From: Octopus sinensis
Taxonomy: Eukaryota
Assembly: GCF_006345805.1 (NCBI RefSeq)
Contig: NC_043005.1
Coordinates: 105,276,001-105,340,000, forward strand
DNA: 64,000 nucleotides
Reading direction: 5' to 3'
The notes below the pieces were generated by a model. It saw only the letters and a program-made list of their open reading frames with translations. It was not told the origin of the DNA and made no database searches. The translations under genes and the position numbers were made by a program. This document shows positions 12,779 to 25,880 of this stretch, piece after piece; the first letter of the stretch is position 1, and every line of letters starts with the position of its first letter.

Positions 12779-14304
12779 GGCTAGTTACATTTAATGATAA
12801 TAATAGTTTCAAATTTGGGTACAAGGCCACCAATTCGAAGAGGAGTGGTTTGTGGATATCACTGACTCCAAAACATAACTGGTACTTAGCAGGGAGAAAT
12901 ACTACAAAGCAATTTTGTATGATGCTATGATGATGAAAGATATTTATTGGCCATAATGGCTCAAGACGCTGACATCACAAAAGAGAAATACAAAACATTG
13001 GGACCATTGAGTAAAAAGAAGATAACAACAGCAGCAGATAACTAAAATTATCAAGGAAAAGAGTCAAACAGAAGGCACAAAAAAACCACATAGGGTCATT
13101 CAAGAAACTTTTATAGATCCAGGATTACTCTGACTACCAAAGATAATTTTCTTTTTTCATAGCTGAACATCCCAACCTATTTGCAAATGCTTACTTTTCA
13201 CTTTTCTCACCCTCATTTCAACAAATTTACTTAAGAACTTAGACAAAGAAGAAGTGTCTGCCTGCAGTCCTTTCAACCATCTTCATTATACCTCTTTCAT
13301 AAAACAGGAAAACAATGTCTTTCCTGGTCAAAGGAAGACACTGGTGATATTGTCACACTAGACCTGACTTAATAGCTGAATCCATTCTACAAGGGACAAC
13401 ATCTTTTCAGCTTAACTCTGCAATGCTTCGGTACTAAATAAGTGTATATAGAATAGTTTTTCCACAGTGCACCGGCTGACAGCACTTCTGTGCCTATGTG
13501 CACCTGTAGCTGTGCCACGTCAGGTACTTCTGGAAGATATATTTGGTTTGTTCTTGTTAATTTTCAGAGTTTCCTTGAGAGTGGTAACATTCTACCACCA
13601 CCCTAATCTTTAGAAAGCTGATGTAAGAGTTCTGCAGAGACAATATTGTCCGACTTGTAAGGAGTTTGTAAGCACTTGATAACATTCCAGATGCTAGGCA
13701 CCCATTTTTGACACTCATATCTAACAGCCAAATATGTGAAGGTTGGGAAGAAATAATAAATTACAATATTTCTGGTTGCTCATCCTGGCCAAGAAAGTGT
13801 ACATTTCAGATATGACAGAGGTGATATAAACATACATGAGAAAAGAGTCTCAAAGCTTGATGAAGTGACTATACTTTGGCATATGTCAATAGACACAATC
13901 AGTTTAAATGGGTGGATATCTGACCAAAAAAAAAGCCAAAGACAATGGACATGCTTCCCAATCAAATTATTGGTTTTAACATGCAATAATGTATCTCAAA
14001 AGGAAGTGGAAAAATTATCCAAATATATAAACTGGAAATAGAGATAACCAAAGTGTGGGTACTGAAGCCAATCCCTAACAAAAGGTTCATTAGGAAAGAT
14101 TAAAAATAAATACAACCTACACAGTTACACTGGCTAGTACAGGGAAAGCATAAATTAAAAATGAAAGTACTGGATAATGATGATGATGAACACAGAACAT
14201 AAAGATGGACAAAATGCTGTTTAACATCTTGTCCAGCATGCTAATGATTGTGCTAGCTCGCTACATTATAATAATAATAATAATGATGATGATAATAATA
14301 ATAA

Positions 14305-14518
14305 TCTTTTCTATTATAGGCACAAGGCCTGAAGTTTTGGGGAGAGGGGACTAGTTGATAACGGCAACCTTAGAATTTCACTGGTACTTAATTTATCAAC
14401 ACTGAAAGGGTGAAAGACAAAGTTGACCTTGGCAGAATCTGAACTCAGAATGTAGTGACGGGTGAAATACTGCTACATATTTCACCCAGCATGCTAATGA
14501 CTCTGCCAGCTCAACGCC
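14305..14518 (-). mobile_element. tRNA-derived SINE family B (Meta/MESC-like central domain), full-length
   Basis: Reverse complement reads ggcgttgagctggcagagtcattagc...ttctgagttcagattctgccaaggtcaactttgtctttcaccctttcagtgttgataaattaagtaccag...caggccttgtgcctataatagaaaaga, flanked by (TAA/TGA)n. Confidence 0.8.
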
Positions 14519-16734
14519 ATAATGATAATAATAATGATAATAATGATAATTACAATAATAATAATAATAATCATGATAATGATGTAAGAATAGTAATAAA
14601 AAAACACTAGAATGACAAAGTCTGCTCTTTGATAGATATTTCGTTCCTTCCGACCATAACCTTGCCTAGAAAGAGACAGAAAAAATGCTAATGTACAAGG
14701 ATCTTGTGAAAACTGCCTAAAGTTGGAGCACAAAGTATGCTTTTAACAAAAATATTAACAAAAATGTAGAAATTATACCCTGGGCTGAAAAGCCTTATAC
14801 ACAGTCTAAAATATAATCCTAAGATCAGTAAGGGTTTTATGGAAGACAATTCAACAGTGAAATTCCAAGTATGATGTCTGCAAACAATGCATAACTTTAT
14901 TCAATCATATAAAATAGCACAATTTAAACAACACATACTCATCAACAAACAGTATAACACAACACACTGTAAATACTCTACATTATCACCATCTGGCACA
15001 GAAACACATACAAAACACGAATACCACCAAGCACATCTCACACAGATAAAATACTAAAATAACACAAACTAAAAGCAATAGGAAAGCAACTCCCACACAA
15101 TTCTATATCCTCAAAAAGATAGAATACTGCACCTATCTCAGGAACATGTAAGTGCCTATGATGCTGCAGTAGAAGTACATATAAAATTGTTGAAAACATG
15201 AACAACAGTAACAATAATTTCTTCTTTAATAGTAGTAGGCTAAGCATAATTTAAGATCAGATGAGGACTACAGCAAAAATGTTTTGTGTAAGTTCACATA
15301 ACCCACAAATATATTTGCCTGAGGCTTCCTAATCTGTTATATTTAATTTGGTAATTAAGATTAGGTGATGATCAATAAAATGTTTCTTATTGATTAATAA
15401 CAGAAAATTAATTAATTTTAGACAAAAACCACTAGTGACATTTCATAATTCTGCAAAATAAAAATCTGAAAAATATATATCCATACAAATACCTACATAG
15501 ATACACAACACACAAACATCTAAATGTTTACAAATATGATTTCTAATTGTTCCATTTTATGAAACAAAAATATTAAAACAATCTGTTAAACCATGCTTCT
15601 CAGTATCTACAGATAATAACTAGAAAGGGTGGGCAGTTATCTAAATATAACCAAATGAAAACACAATCACTAAGAAACTTATTTTCTGAAAAAAGACAAT
15701 ACATAACATTTAAACTATTTAGGAGGTAAGCTTTTTTTTTTAAAAAAAAAAAGAAAGAAAATGAAAAAGCCAGAGAGCTCATTTGTAAAACTGAGAAAAG
15801 GCACGCCGCTGTGCATATATAAAAATAAGTAAAAAGAATATTCATACCATATGCACAATGCATTTTACAATCAGCTATAAAATTTAATAATATTAAACAT
15901 ATTTCAGTATTAATAATTAAGTTTAGAATAAATGATTGAATTTGCTTTAAATAAATATTTATTTATTTAGTTTGAGCAGAAATTTATTCTTAGTCACAGG
16001 CTAACTTTTGGAAAAAATTTATTGGTCCGTGTCTCGTTTTCAATAATAATGAAAAAGTCAACTTGGCAAAATTTTTAATATACCTTTACTGACTTATCCT
16101 GCTCTCATGCTCTATCGTTCTAAAAAAAACATATCAAAATATGTGGGCTTAAAAGAAGTCTATCTCAATAAATGCTCACAGAGAGGGGATAGGAGAATAA
16201 ATAGAGAGGTGGGGAGACCCTCATGAAAACTTATCACAGATATTAATTATAGAGTGAAGGATTTGTATATCTCTAGACCCCACCACCATCACCAGGGAGT
16301 CAGAGCAAGCCTACAATGTCTGACATGTATAATATAATAACTAAATAAAAATCAAGATCCACGTGGAAACATTTTCTGAAGTAGAGCTAAAATATATAAC
16401 CACAATACTTTAATCTATGTAAGTAGATTCTTCTTTGAAGTTCAACTAGGAGAAACAGATATGGCCACAGGCAGGAAAAAAAGAAATAAGAAAGAGATAT
16501 TGCATTTTTTGTTGTTGTTGTTATTATTATTATTCATTTGTTCTTACAGGAGTAGAGTAGTTATATTGCTATTTTCTATAAAAGGCAAAAGTGTGAAGGA
16601 AAAGCTAAAGAAAATGGGGAAAGAGCAAGAACAAAGAAACTGCACTGGCTTTGAAAATAAAGATGGGGAAAGGTGAGAGGATGGGTGGTGAATGAAATAT
16701 ATACTTAGATTTTTTAAGAAGAGTCTGCATTCAC

Positions 16735-16776
16735 CATAAACTCTAATGCCTGCCATATTTGAGCTAACTCACTGAT
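16735..16776 (-). CDS. Candidate internal coding exon (ISELAQIWQALEFM), 42 nt, phase 0-0
   Basis: tttctctcttctcacatag|ATCAGTGAG...GAGTTTATG|gtgaat; strong pyrimidine tract, protein-like translation. Confidence 0.55.
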
Positions 16777-16856
16777 CTATGTGAGAAGAGAGAAATATAT
16801 CAAATTTCTTTATTATTCTTTACAAGTTAAATAGTCAGTGACTGAGTAATAATAAT

Positions 16857-16935
16857 AGTATGTATGTATGTATGTATGTATGTATGTATGTATGCAGTAT
16901 GTATGTATGCATGTATGTACGTACGTACGTATGTA
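16857..16935. repeat. (TATG)n microsatellite
   Basis: Direct reading. Confidence 0.9.
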
Positions 16936-17471
16936 TAGAGAAAGAGTGAGAGAGAAAGAGAAATAAAGAGAGATACATAAGCATCTCTAATTTCTTTTGG
17001 AAAATCATACAAACCACAAAAGTACAAAGACACATGTATTCACTAATACTGCTCACATCATACATCATAGATAGAGTCACAAAGATTTTTAACAAAATTC
17101 TAACAGATCACTAATATATAAATAGTAAAGACATATTCTAAGGTGAGACAGAAGGAGGGAGAGAGGGAGAGCATGAGTGTCAGTAGGAACATAGATTATT
17201 GGTGTGTTAAAGTGTTCTGCTTCATAGCTATAATGTATTACAGAACAACTTATAAATTTAGACAACACTCAGTGTTATGACAATTGTATACTATGCATCT
17301 GTACAATACACTCATGGATTAAAAAAAGAAAACATCTGCATCCAGAGGGATGGAACTTTCATGAGCGACTTTTTACCCACTTATATTATTCATGAACATA
17401 CTGTTTACAAACACACTCAAACATACATATATACAATCGTAAACATATACATATATATATATACACACATA

Positions 17472-18245
17472 CAGGGTGCAGTGAATAAACTGTCATCTAA
17501 ATTACTCGAAAATGAAAGAAACACTGACATCTCATTTTAACAAACATATTTACCAAAATTACAAGAAAATATCTTGAAATACTAAAGAATAAATTTATTC
17601 AATAAAATCGCCATTGGGCTTCAATCATGGACTCCAGACAACTTTGAAATCTTCTGCAACTCTTCGGGACAGTCTCCTTGTTTAAGTTGGTGAATGCTGC
17701 CATATTCCTTGCCTTCAATTCATCTTTGGAGTTACCAAGAGTTTTGTTGGTCTCTTGCTCAACTGTGCCCCACACATAATAAAGCGGGTTGCAGTCTGGA
17801 GAGTTGAGTGACCAGATGTTAGGGATGATGAGGTTGCAAAAATTGTCTGACAGCCATGGCTGGGTTCTCCTGCTTGTGTAGCATGGTGCAGAGTCCTGTT
17901 GCCAGACATAGTATCTTCCAGTAGCCACCCTCTCGACCCAGGGCAGCACTACCTCCTCCAGGCACTTGATGTAAGCCTCCATGTTGAGTCTTAGGCTATG
18001 TGGAAAGATGAGAAGCATAACATCGCCATCACTAGTGATCACTTCAAACACTCAGTACATGTTTTGGGGACACAGCAAGCCAATGGTTGTTCTGTGATCA
18101 CCATCTGCTCTTAGCAGAAATTTCTCAGAAAAACCAAGGCATGTTCAGTTGCAGGGGATGCTTCAGTTTCTTCAAAAGCTTTGTAGTGTGGTCTTTCCTC
18201 TTGTCCTTGATGGCTTGGGATAAAAAGTTCAGCATGCTGGTCTAG
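17472..18245 (-). mobile_element. Tc1/mariner DD37D (maT-type) transposase pseudogene with 3' TIR
   Basis: ...VWQQDSAPCYTSRRTQPWLSDNF...WSLNSPDCNPL-YYVWGTVEQE...; spacing to the lost third Asp fits DD37D; terminus TA|CAGGGTG at 17470-17478; frameshifts. Confidence 0.9.
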
Positions 18246-18344
18246 TTTTCAATCACTCTCTCTCCCTCTCTTATTACACCCACTGCCACCATCAACACTA
18301 CTACTTATAATAAAACATCATCAACTCTCACTAAATTTCTTTGT

Positions 18345-18454
18345 TTGCGGGTTCAGTCCTACTTCGTGGCACCTTGGGCAAATTTCTTCTATAGCCTCGG
18401 GCTGACCAAAGCCTTGAGTGTGAATTTGGTAGAGGTCACTGAAAGAAGCCCATC

Positions 18455-18497
<43 letters not shown>

Positions 18498-18605
18498 CAC
18501 AGAAGTGAAGTAGCCTACTTGGACTGGCCTTCAAGATGACTGGGACTCAATATAAGTGAACATTCTTGAGGGAGGTGCTCCAGCATGGCTGCAGCCTGTC
18601 TGAAG
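18345..18605 (+). mobile_element. Family A SINE body, (TA)n and tail fragment
   Basis: gggttcagtcctacttcgtggcaccttgggcaaa...aaagaagcccatcgtg(TA)n...ggtgctccagcatggctgcagc. Confidence 0.75.
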
Positions 18606-18967
18606 CATGTACATAGGCACAAATATACACATATATATATAAGGAAACAATTCTATTCTCAAATGCAAGATAATGCATGAACAGGATAAACTATCCATAT
18701 TTTGCAGAAAAATCTGTCAGCCGCCAGCCAGTGCACACAGACACATGTACCATGTGGGTTTTCGGTGACATTTACTCAGAACAAAACTATTTTATTGAGA
18801 CATAAATGATTAGAAGCACATTAGTCAAATTAGCTTTTATTTAATCTCAGATGAATGAAGAAGCAAAGACAAAGTCAACCATAGCAGGATGTGAACCTAG
18901 AAGATTAGGAATTATTAGCTAAATCGGTAAAACATCCAGTCTAGTATTCTGCTATCTTCAAAGTTTG

Positions 18968-19010
18968 TTCTTTTCTTGAACCCAAACTCACACTTTCCAA
19001 ATTTATCAAC
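18968..19010 (-). CDS. Possible 38-nt exon within this span (xTLVVVKVDKFGK)
   Basis: attttgcttcag|CACTCTTGTAG...GGAAAGT|gtgagt; one open frame. Confidence 0.25.
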
Positions 19011-19852
19011 TTTTACAACTACAAGAGTGCTGAAGCAAAATATTCACAGACTGGAGACAATTGAAAAAATATATGCTAAGTTGCTTCTTTCTCCCCCTCC
19101 CCCAAACAGTAATAAGATAATAGATTCAGTAACATAACAGGATGAGAGATATTATTTCCCAGTCCACAGCACTTTGTGAAAATAGTGGATGGTAAAGAAG
19201 GTAGAGAGATTGTCATCCAACCTTCCATATAAAGCAACTCTATACCAGTTGACAATTATTCATTGATATATGTACTCTAAAACTCTGTTGACAAAGCATT
19301 AAATATTTCAACCCTGTTGCTATGGAGAGTCTATAAAAATATGTCAATGTAGGAGTAAATTCAATTTTGTTTCTTCTTTCTGTCCCTATATAAACACATA
19401 TATATTCATTCACATTTATGCAAATACAGATGCACATATACTCCTTCTGTGAGTCTGAAATTATAGCTATCTCTTACATGTGAATATAGCTTAATAAAAT
19501 GTACATGCTTTTGCAGATTGTTTTAGGATGCTATGTAGTTGTGAGCAAAGACATTCTCTTGTCCCTACTCAACATTGATCCAACAGAAGACACAGGATGT
19601 GACAACTGAAGGGAGAAAGCACTGCACTGAGCACTCAGCTGGCACTCATTTCAGTTGAGTAGACTAGAGAAATATGAAACTAAGAGCCTTGCTCAAGGGC
19701 ATGAATTACTGCCTAGTCCAGAAATTGAACCTATGAACATATGCTCATGAGCCCAACACTCTAATATCAAGTCCACAGGCTTCCCATATACACATATACA
19801 TTTCCCCACCCCATATGCATGTGTATATATCATCATCATTTTAGGTCTGTTG

Positions 19853-20038
19853 GTGACATGTAAAAAGCAGCCATCACACTCTTGGAATGGTTGGCATTAG
19901 GAAGGTCATCCAACTGTAGAAACCAAGCCAAATCAGACTGGAGCTTGGTGCAGCTCTCTGGTTTACCAGTTCCAGTGAAACCATCAAACTCATGCCAGCA
20001 TGGAAAGCAGATGCTAAATGATGATGAAGATGATGATC
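19853..20038 (+). mobile_element. RTE-LINE 3'-tail repeat
   Basis: ggttggcattaggaaggtcatccaactgtagaaac...gccagcatggaaagcagatgctaaatgatgatg. Confidence 0.75.
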
Positions 20039-20479
20039 CCAGGTAGCATAGGGTGGATGGGTGATCATGATTTAATTTCTTTTCAGAAGTGACTGCCTTG
20101 TGGACCACTGCATGCATTTATCATGTAGTGTTGGTTTCTATGGCAGGACCATTCAATCACCAACCATTTTGCAGAAAGTACTTGCTGCATTTTATCATGA
20201 CAAGAGAGAGTGTCATGTTCTTGAGCACAAAATTAATGACTAATGGAACAACTTTACCCAGAACCTCCACATGTTCTCCAACCACTCTACAAGGAAGATA
20301 ATCTCAAGAACTGATCATTTTTTTGAAAGTGACATAAGGAAAAAACAGTCTGATATTTTCTGGGGAAAAGCAGATATTGAGGAAAAGCATTTCTGACTCA
20401 GTCAGCAAAACAAGTACTACATATAAGTACTACATATATACAAAAAGTTTAGAGAACACATATTGCCTAGGGTAATGTG

Positions 20480-21400
20480 CGTAACTAAATCAAAAATGAG
20501 TTAACTACAGCCTCATAGAGCTAGCATGTATTTGGACAACAGAGACAAAACAGGTACACTAAATACAAGATTAATTCTTGATTTAATGAAATTATTTACA
20601 ATTTAGAGAAGGTAAACAGATACAAGGTGGCAGTTGTAACTGACACTATATGTAGTAGGAAAATTCTCTTTGTAACCAAGTGTGCAGTACTTTAGAGGAA
20701 GTATTTTCTACTATACCCCACACGACTTTGAGTATTTCATATGTGGGAACTTTTATAAAATCAGAAGCCTGTCATGACAGTATATGTGTTTAGTCAAAAG
20801 AAGAGTTTTTAGAAATCTCAGAAAGTCCTACACAAAATAGCCTTTTGCTGTAGACAAGATAAATGACATAAAGAAAATATAGAGTAGCCAAGGACTCTCC
20901 CTTACAGCTCACTTTAACAGCGTTTTAAATGCCACAAAAGAAAAATAGTGGTAACAAGATATGCATATATAATATACACAGGTATGTGGCTAACATATTT
21001 GTCATAATGAATACACTCGGAAAACATGGAGAAATTAAAAGAACCAGGAAACTTCAACATCCACAACAGCACAAATAAAACTGTTAAAAATACAATGTCT
21101 CCATGTATAAACACAAAGCACAAGATAAAAAAAGCCAATAGAAATGCATTCATCAACAACAGGTATTCTGACAAAGTAATAGATCAAGCCATAAAACAAC
21201 AGTCACAAAGATATAAGCACTACACCTATTAAAAATACTAAAACTAATGAATCATATACTAACCAAAGGAGAGATATTCATACATTATCAAAAACCTCAT
21301 AAAAGAGATCCCAATAATATACAAACTAATATTACACAGCAAAAACACTAAGATCAAAAACTGTTTACACACACATCTTGTCTCAATACGTATATATATA
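20480..21400 (+). mobile_element. Highly degraded Penelope-like RT/thumb remnant
   Basis: Fragments KQIQG, HFNS..KCHKRKIVV and FINNRYSDKVIDQAIK resemble the PLE motifs KQ.QG.AMG, HF.S.HP..HKRS.V and L.NNGYP...I...I. Confidence 0.35.
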
Positions 21401-22229
21401 TTTTTTCAACACAGAAGCCTAAGTGTACTAATTATAATTTCAAACCTGCAAAACAGATCTCATTGAATCTTGTTTGTTGCCATAGCGAGAGCAATGTAGC
21501 CAACCTTGTGAGTATATAAAGGCACGCTAATTTGGGAATGGGAATTTTGTGTGTGAGTGTGATTTTGTTTAGGTGAAATCACATTATCATCTGATTTTTT
21601 TCAATTATCTATCCAGTACACAACACAGGACACTAGCAGTTTCTTGAAACAAAACTTTAAGTTACCCTAAATTTCCTTTATTTCTCAACAATGTCCACAC
21701 ACATACGTATGCATGTACCTATATAAAAATTCCTTTCATAATTTTTTTCCCATACACTTCAATATTCCAAGTTTTTTTTTTTTTCAGTCTTTCTAATTTC
21801 ATTTATTTTTTCTTTTAAATAACTGTTTACCCTCTCATTTGCCAATCTATTTGCTTTTGATATTTCCTTTCAGTGTAGTTTACATATATAACACATTGCT
21901 TCCAGCAATTTATTATATGGACATATCTTCTTTCAGCTGTATCCCTACCATATTTCTCCATTCATATCTACAATCCTCTTTTTCAAGTTTCCTTTCAGTT
22001 TCTGTGCAAATAAGTATTTTCAACTTGCAAATCCATTATTTCCAATATTCACTATCAGTGTTTCTGACACAAACAAACACACACACATGTGTGTGTGTGT
22101 GTGTGTGTATAGATATACATACATACACACATCAGTTCCATTTTTTTTTTATTTTTCAAATAAGTTAACATAGAAGTGTTTCTTTGTTACACACATACAT
22201 ATATGAGAGGAGAGAGAGAGAGAGAGTGT

Positions 22230-22278
<49 letters not shown>

Positions 22279-25200
22279 ACAGCTTCCAATAACATATCGG
22301 TTCGGTTATTTCTAAAGCAGGGGTTTTCAATAACACAAACTGCTCAGTTTTTAAATTTACATATTCAGCTGTCTACTTCACATATTGCAATTTTTAACAC
22401 TTAACACATTACAATTTAATGCAATTTTTTACACTTATGCATTTCAATTTCGAAAGGTTCAATTGAAGCTTTCAATTTCATATATTGCATATTTCATATC
22501 TATCTGTTTCAAAAATTTCATTTAATATTCACACTTTTGCATTTCAAGTTTTCTACACTTATACATACAAAGTTTTCTTACAATATTTACAAAGTATTGT
22601 TTGCATGTTGCATAACTACAGACGCCCATTTTAGAACTTTCATTTTAACCTTTAACTGTGATAACTCCCAATTCTAAGAATGGTGCATCACCTTATTTTC
22701 CTTTGCATCTTATATATCCATTTTATACATTTCTTTGAATATATTTACAAACAGTAAGGTAGAACAGAGAAACTATAAAACTGTCACCAGTGTATGCATA
22801 TATGCACACATATACATATAAATGTGACAAACTGGCAGTCATAGAGCAGTGAATTGAATGGTTGATAGTATTAGGTTTGATTCTCACCATTCTGAATTCA
22901 GATAATACTAAGGTCAACTTTATCCTTCATCCTTTAGGGATCAATAAAAACACATCATGCCAAAGTAGTGAACTGTTAAAACAGTGGGCAGGAAAAGATG
23001 CTTCAGAATTCTAACAGCAATATTTGCAATGATATCAGTGCCAAGTTACTTCAGCCCTCTTGTAGCAGCTTACCCTTCAGACAACCTCAGTGGCATAGAG
23101 AAAGAAAGCATGAATTAGGTCTGGGTTTAAAAGGATGCAACTGCATGATCAACTATGACATACAAAGGCACTGTATGTATGTGTGTATATATTTCACTTA
23201 GGCATATATGTGTGTTTTTTTGTGTGTGTAAACAGACACACATACATACATTTTCAAGTGCACACATTCATACACACACACATGTATATGTAGTTTTCGA
23301 CACCAGTTATTAGATATGCTTCTGACCATAACAGAGCTTAAGACTGGTTGTCTGTGGGAACTTCTGTAAGCTGATGACCTACTTCTCACAATAAGTTAAA
23401 AAAAAAAAACTGAGCAAAGGCTAAGAAAGTAGGCAGGACCCTAATAACGTGTTTAAGGATGTACATGAATATATACACACACATACATACATATACATCT
23501 GTGTATAGATTATACACACATGCATCTACATACATGTATTCACATATATATCTATATAGATATATATGTATCATCAGCATGGCTATCGTTAATTTTTAAC
23601 AGCTGTTTTTCCATGCTTGCAGCCTCTTACTGTTGTCAAACTTCACCTGTTTCCAAGCAAGGAAATAAGTGACACTGTTTGTGAGGGTGACACTCATTTA
23701 CATCTCACAAAATGTCAAGACAAGGTCTACACATATGAGCTTCCGTCAACCAAAACCACATACAAAGGCTTTGATCAGTCTGGAAGTACAGAAGATAGGT
23801 GCCCAAGGTACAATGCTGTAGAACTGAGCCTAAAGTCATGTGGTTGGAAAGAAAACTTCTTAACCACAGTAATGCTCGTCAAGATATATAATAATATACT
23901 TGAAGAAAGAACACTAGGCTATAATAACAAAGTAGAGTGAGGAATATGAATTTAATTTCAGTTCAAAAAGCTGTTTAACTGGTGAAATGTCTCTCATTTC
24001 ATCTAATGGGTCATCAAAGTGGGAAATCATAGGATCGGGATTTATTCTGTGGATCCATTTGAAGAGATGAGAGAACTAATCAGCTTTTTCCAGTAAAATA
24101 CATATGATTGTTCTATGTATACCTGTGTGTATGTATACATGCACCCTACGTCTATAATATTACTGTTTTTGAAGTGGAGAAGCAAAATGAAATAAATTTC
24201 AGATTATGTATGAGTACTGATTCCGTAACAGATTCAATAGGCAGAAGAAAAAGGAAAACAAAAAGCAAAGAAATATTACATGCCAAAATTATGATGAGAA
24301 AAAAAGAAAAGCTAAAACGATTAATTTGATAAATGAGGTGGTGATGGTGGTTGTGAGGTTTAACTAATGATTTACTGGGCCAGTTTAGGAAACCCATTTA
24401 GAGAAAAGTTACAGGAGTCTGGAAGGGTAAATTTTTCAACCTTATTTGGTTGATACTACATGAAAATAACAAGGTACTTTCTTTGTCATAAGTGTATACA
24501 AAGCTGGTGAAGCCTTTATGTACAGAAATATTTTAATTTTCTTTCTTTTTCCTGTAAAGCCAGTTAATAAAAGTATAAAGAAAAGATGAGAGGTAAACAG
24601 GTTAATAAGTAAATTCTTAGATTTCATGTGTTGGAGGCATGTATGAGTGTATACACAGGCATGCACATATGTACATGTGTATACACATGCATTTAATGTA
24701 AAGTTATAAGTAAGGACAGACAAAAACATTAAATCAAGAGGAATGAAAGGCAAAAGTTAACACTGCTAGGATTTAACCTCAGAAAGTAAAGAGCCAAAAG
24801 AAATACCACAAGGCATTTTGTCCAACATTTTAACAGTTTTGTTTCTCCCCCAAAAGTTTTTAAACATATTGGTTGTAATAACTAAATATTTAGAAATGAG
24901 GGAGAAAAAAATAAACAAACATTGCTTTGGTAAGAAAAAAGACTAATTATCACATTATTCAGAAATGGTTTCAGTGAGAATATGTTTAAGTAAACAACTA
25001 AACTGACCAGGGAAACAGATAAATAAGAAAAGAACTTTTGACTTATTTCAAGCAGTAAATTTGTTGCTAATTTCAATCTTTAATGAAACTCCTCCCACCT
25101 ATGTATAGAAATAGTGAAACTGACAAACTGATAATATGACTCTCTCTCTCTCTCTCATCCCTTCACTTTCTTAATATGAAAACCTTCCAGTGAATCACAT

Positions 25201-25707
25201 AAACCCCCCTCTCTCTCTCTCATACACACAGTAAGGTCTATACTGAAGCAAAGATAAGTTTTTAACAGATCAAAGTGGGGTGGATATCTTTTGAAAGTTA
25301 AATTGAGCTATTATATACTCGACAGCCTGAATAGACAAGTGGTAAAACATTTAACAACCCATGCAAATTTACAAGGAAACTCAACACACAAGTAATGAAT
25401 ATTCAATTTTAATAGAGACAAAACCTAACTAAAGTTACAACTGCTGCTGCTGCTGCTACAACAATAATTACTACTACTTCTACTACCACTAACAACCACC
25501 ACCAATAGAGCCATTAATTATAATAATTATACATTTTTGTTTCTGCTTTAATAACGCTTGTATTGTTCTAATGATACAAAACTGAAATATCCCATGAGAA
25601 CCAGTTCAAGAAAAAGAGCAAGAGTCAAATTAAATAAAAAGATGGAAACAAAAATTTTAAAAAAATATAATAGCAAATATTAACAGAAAAAAAAGCAGCA
25701 GCTGAGG

Positions 25708-25880
25708 AAATGCTATGAGGCATTTCTTCCAGCTCTTAACATTCTAAGTTCTAATTCGATTGAGGTCAATTTTAACTTTCATCCCTCCCAGGTCAGTAAA
25801 ACAAAGTACCAGTCAAGGGATGGGTTGATAAAATCAACCTAACTCCACTCCCACACACCTCAAAACTCTGGTCAATTTGA
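25708..25880 (+). mobile_element. Family B SINE, degenerate
   Basis: ttctaagttctaattcgattgaggtcaattttaactttcatccctccc...aaagtaccagtc. Confidence 0.6.

Noticed and set aside
19255-19350. LSIATGLKYL kinase-like fragment
   Set aside because: No convincing donor and no neighbouring kinase motifs
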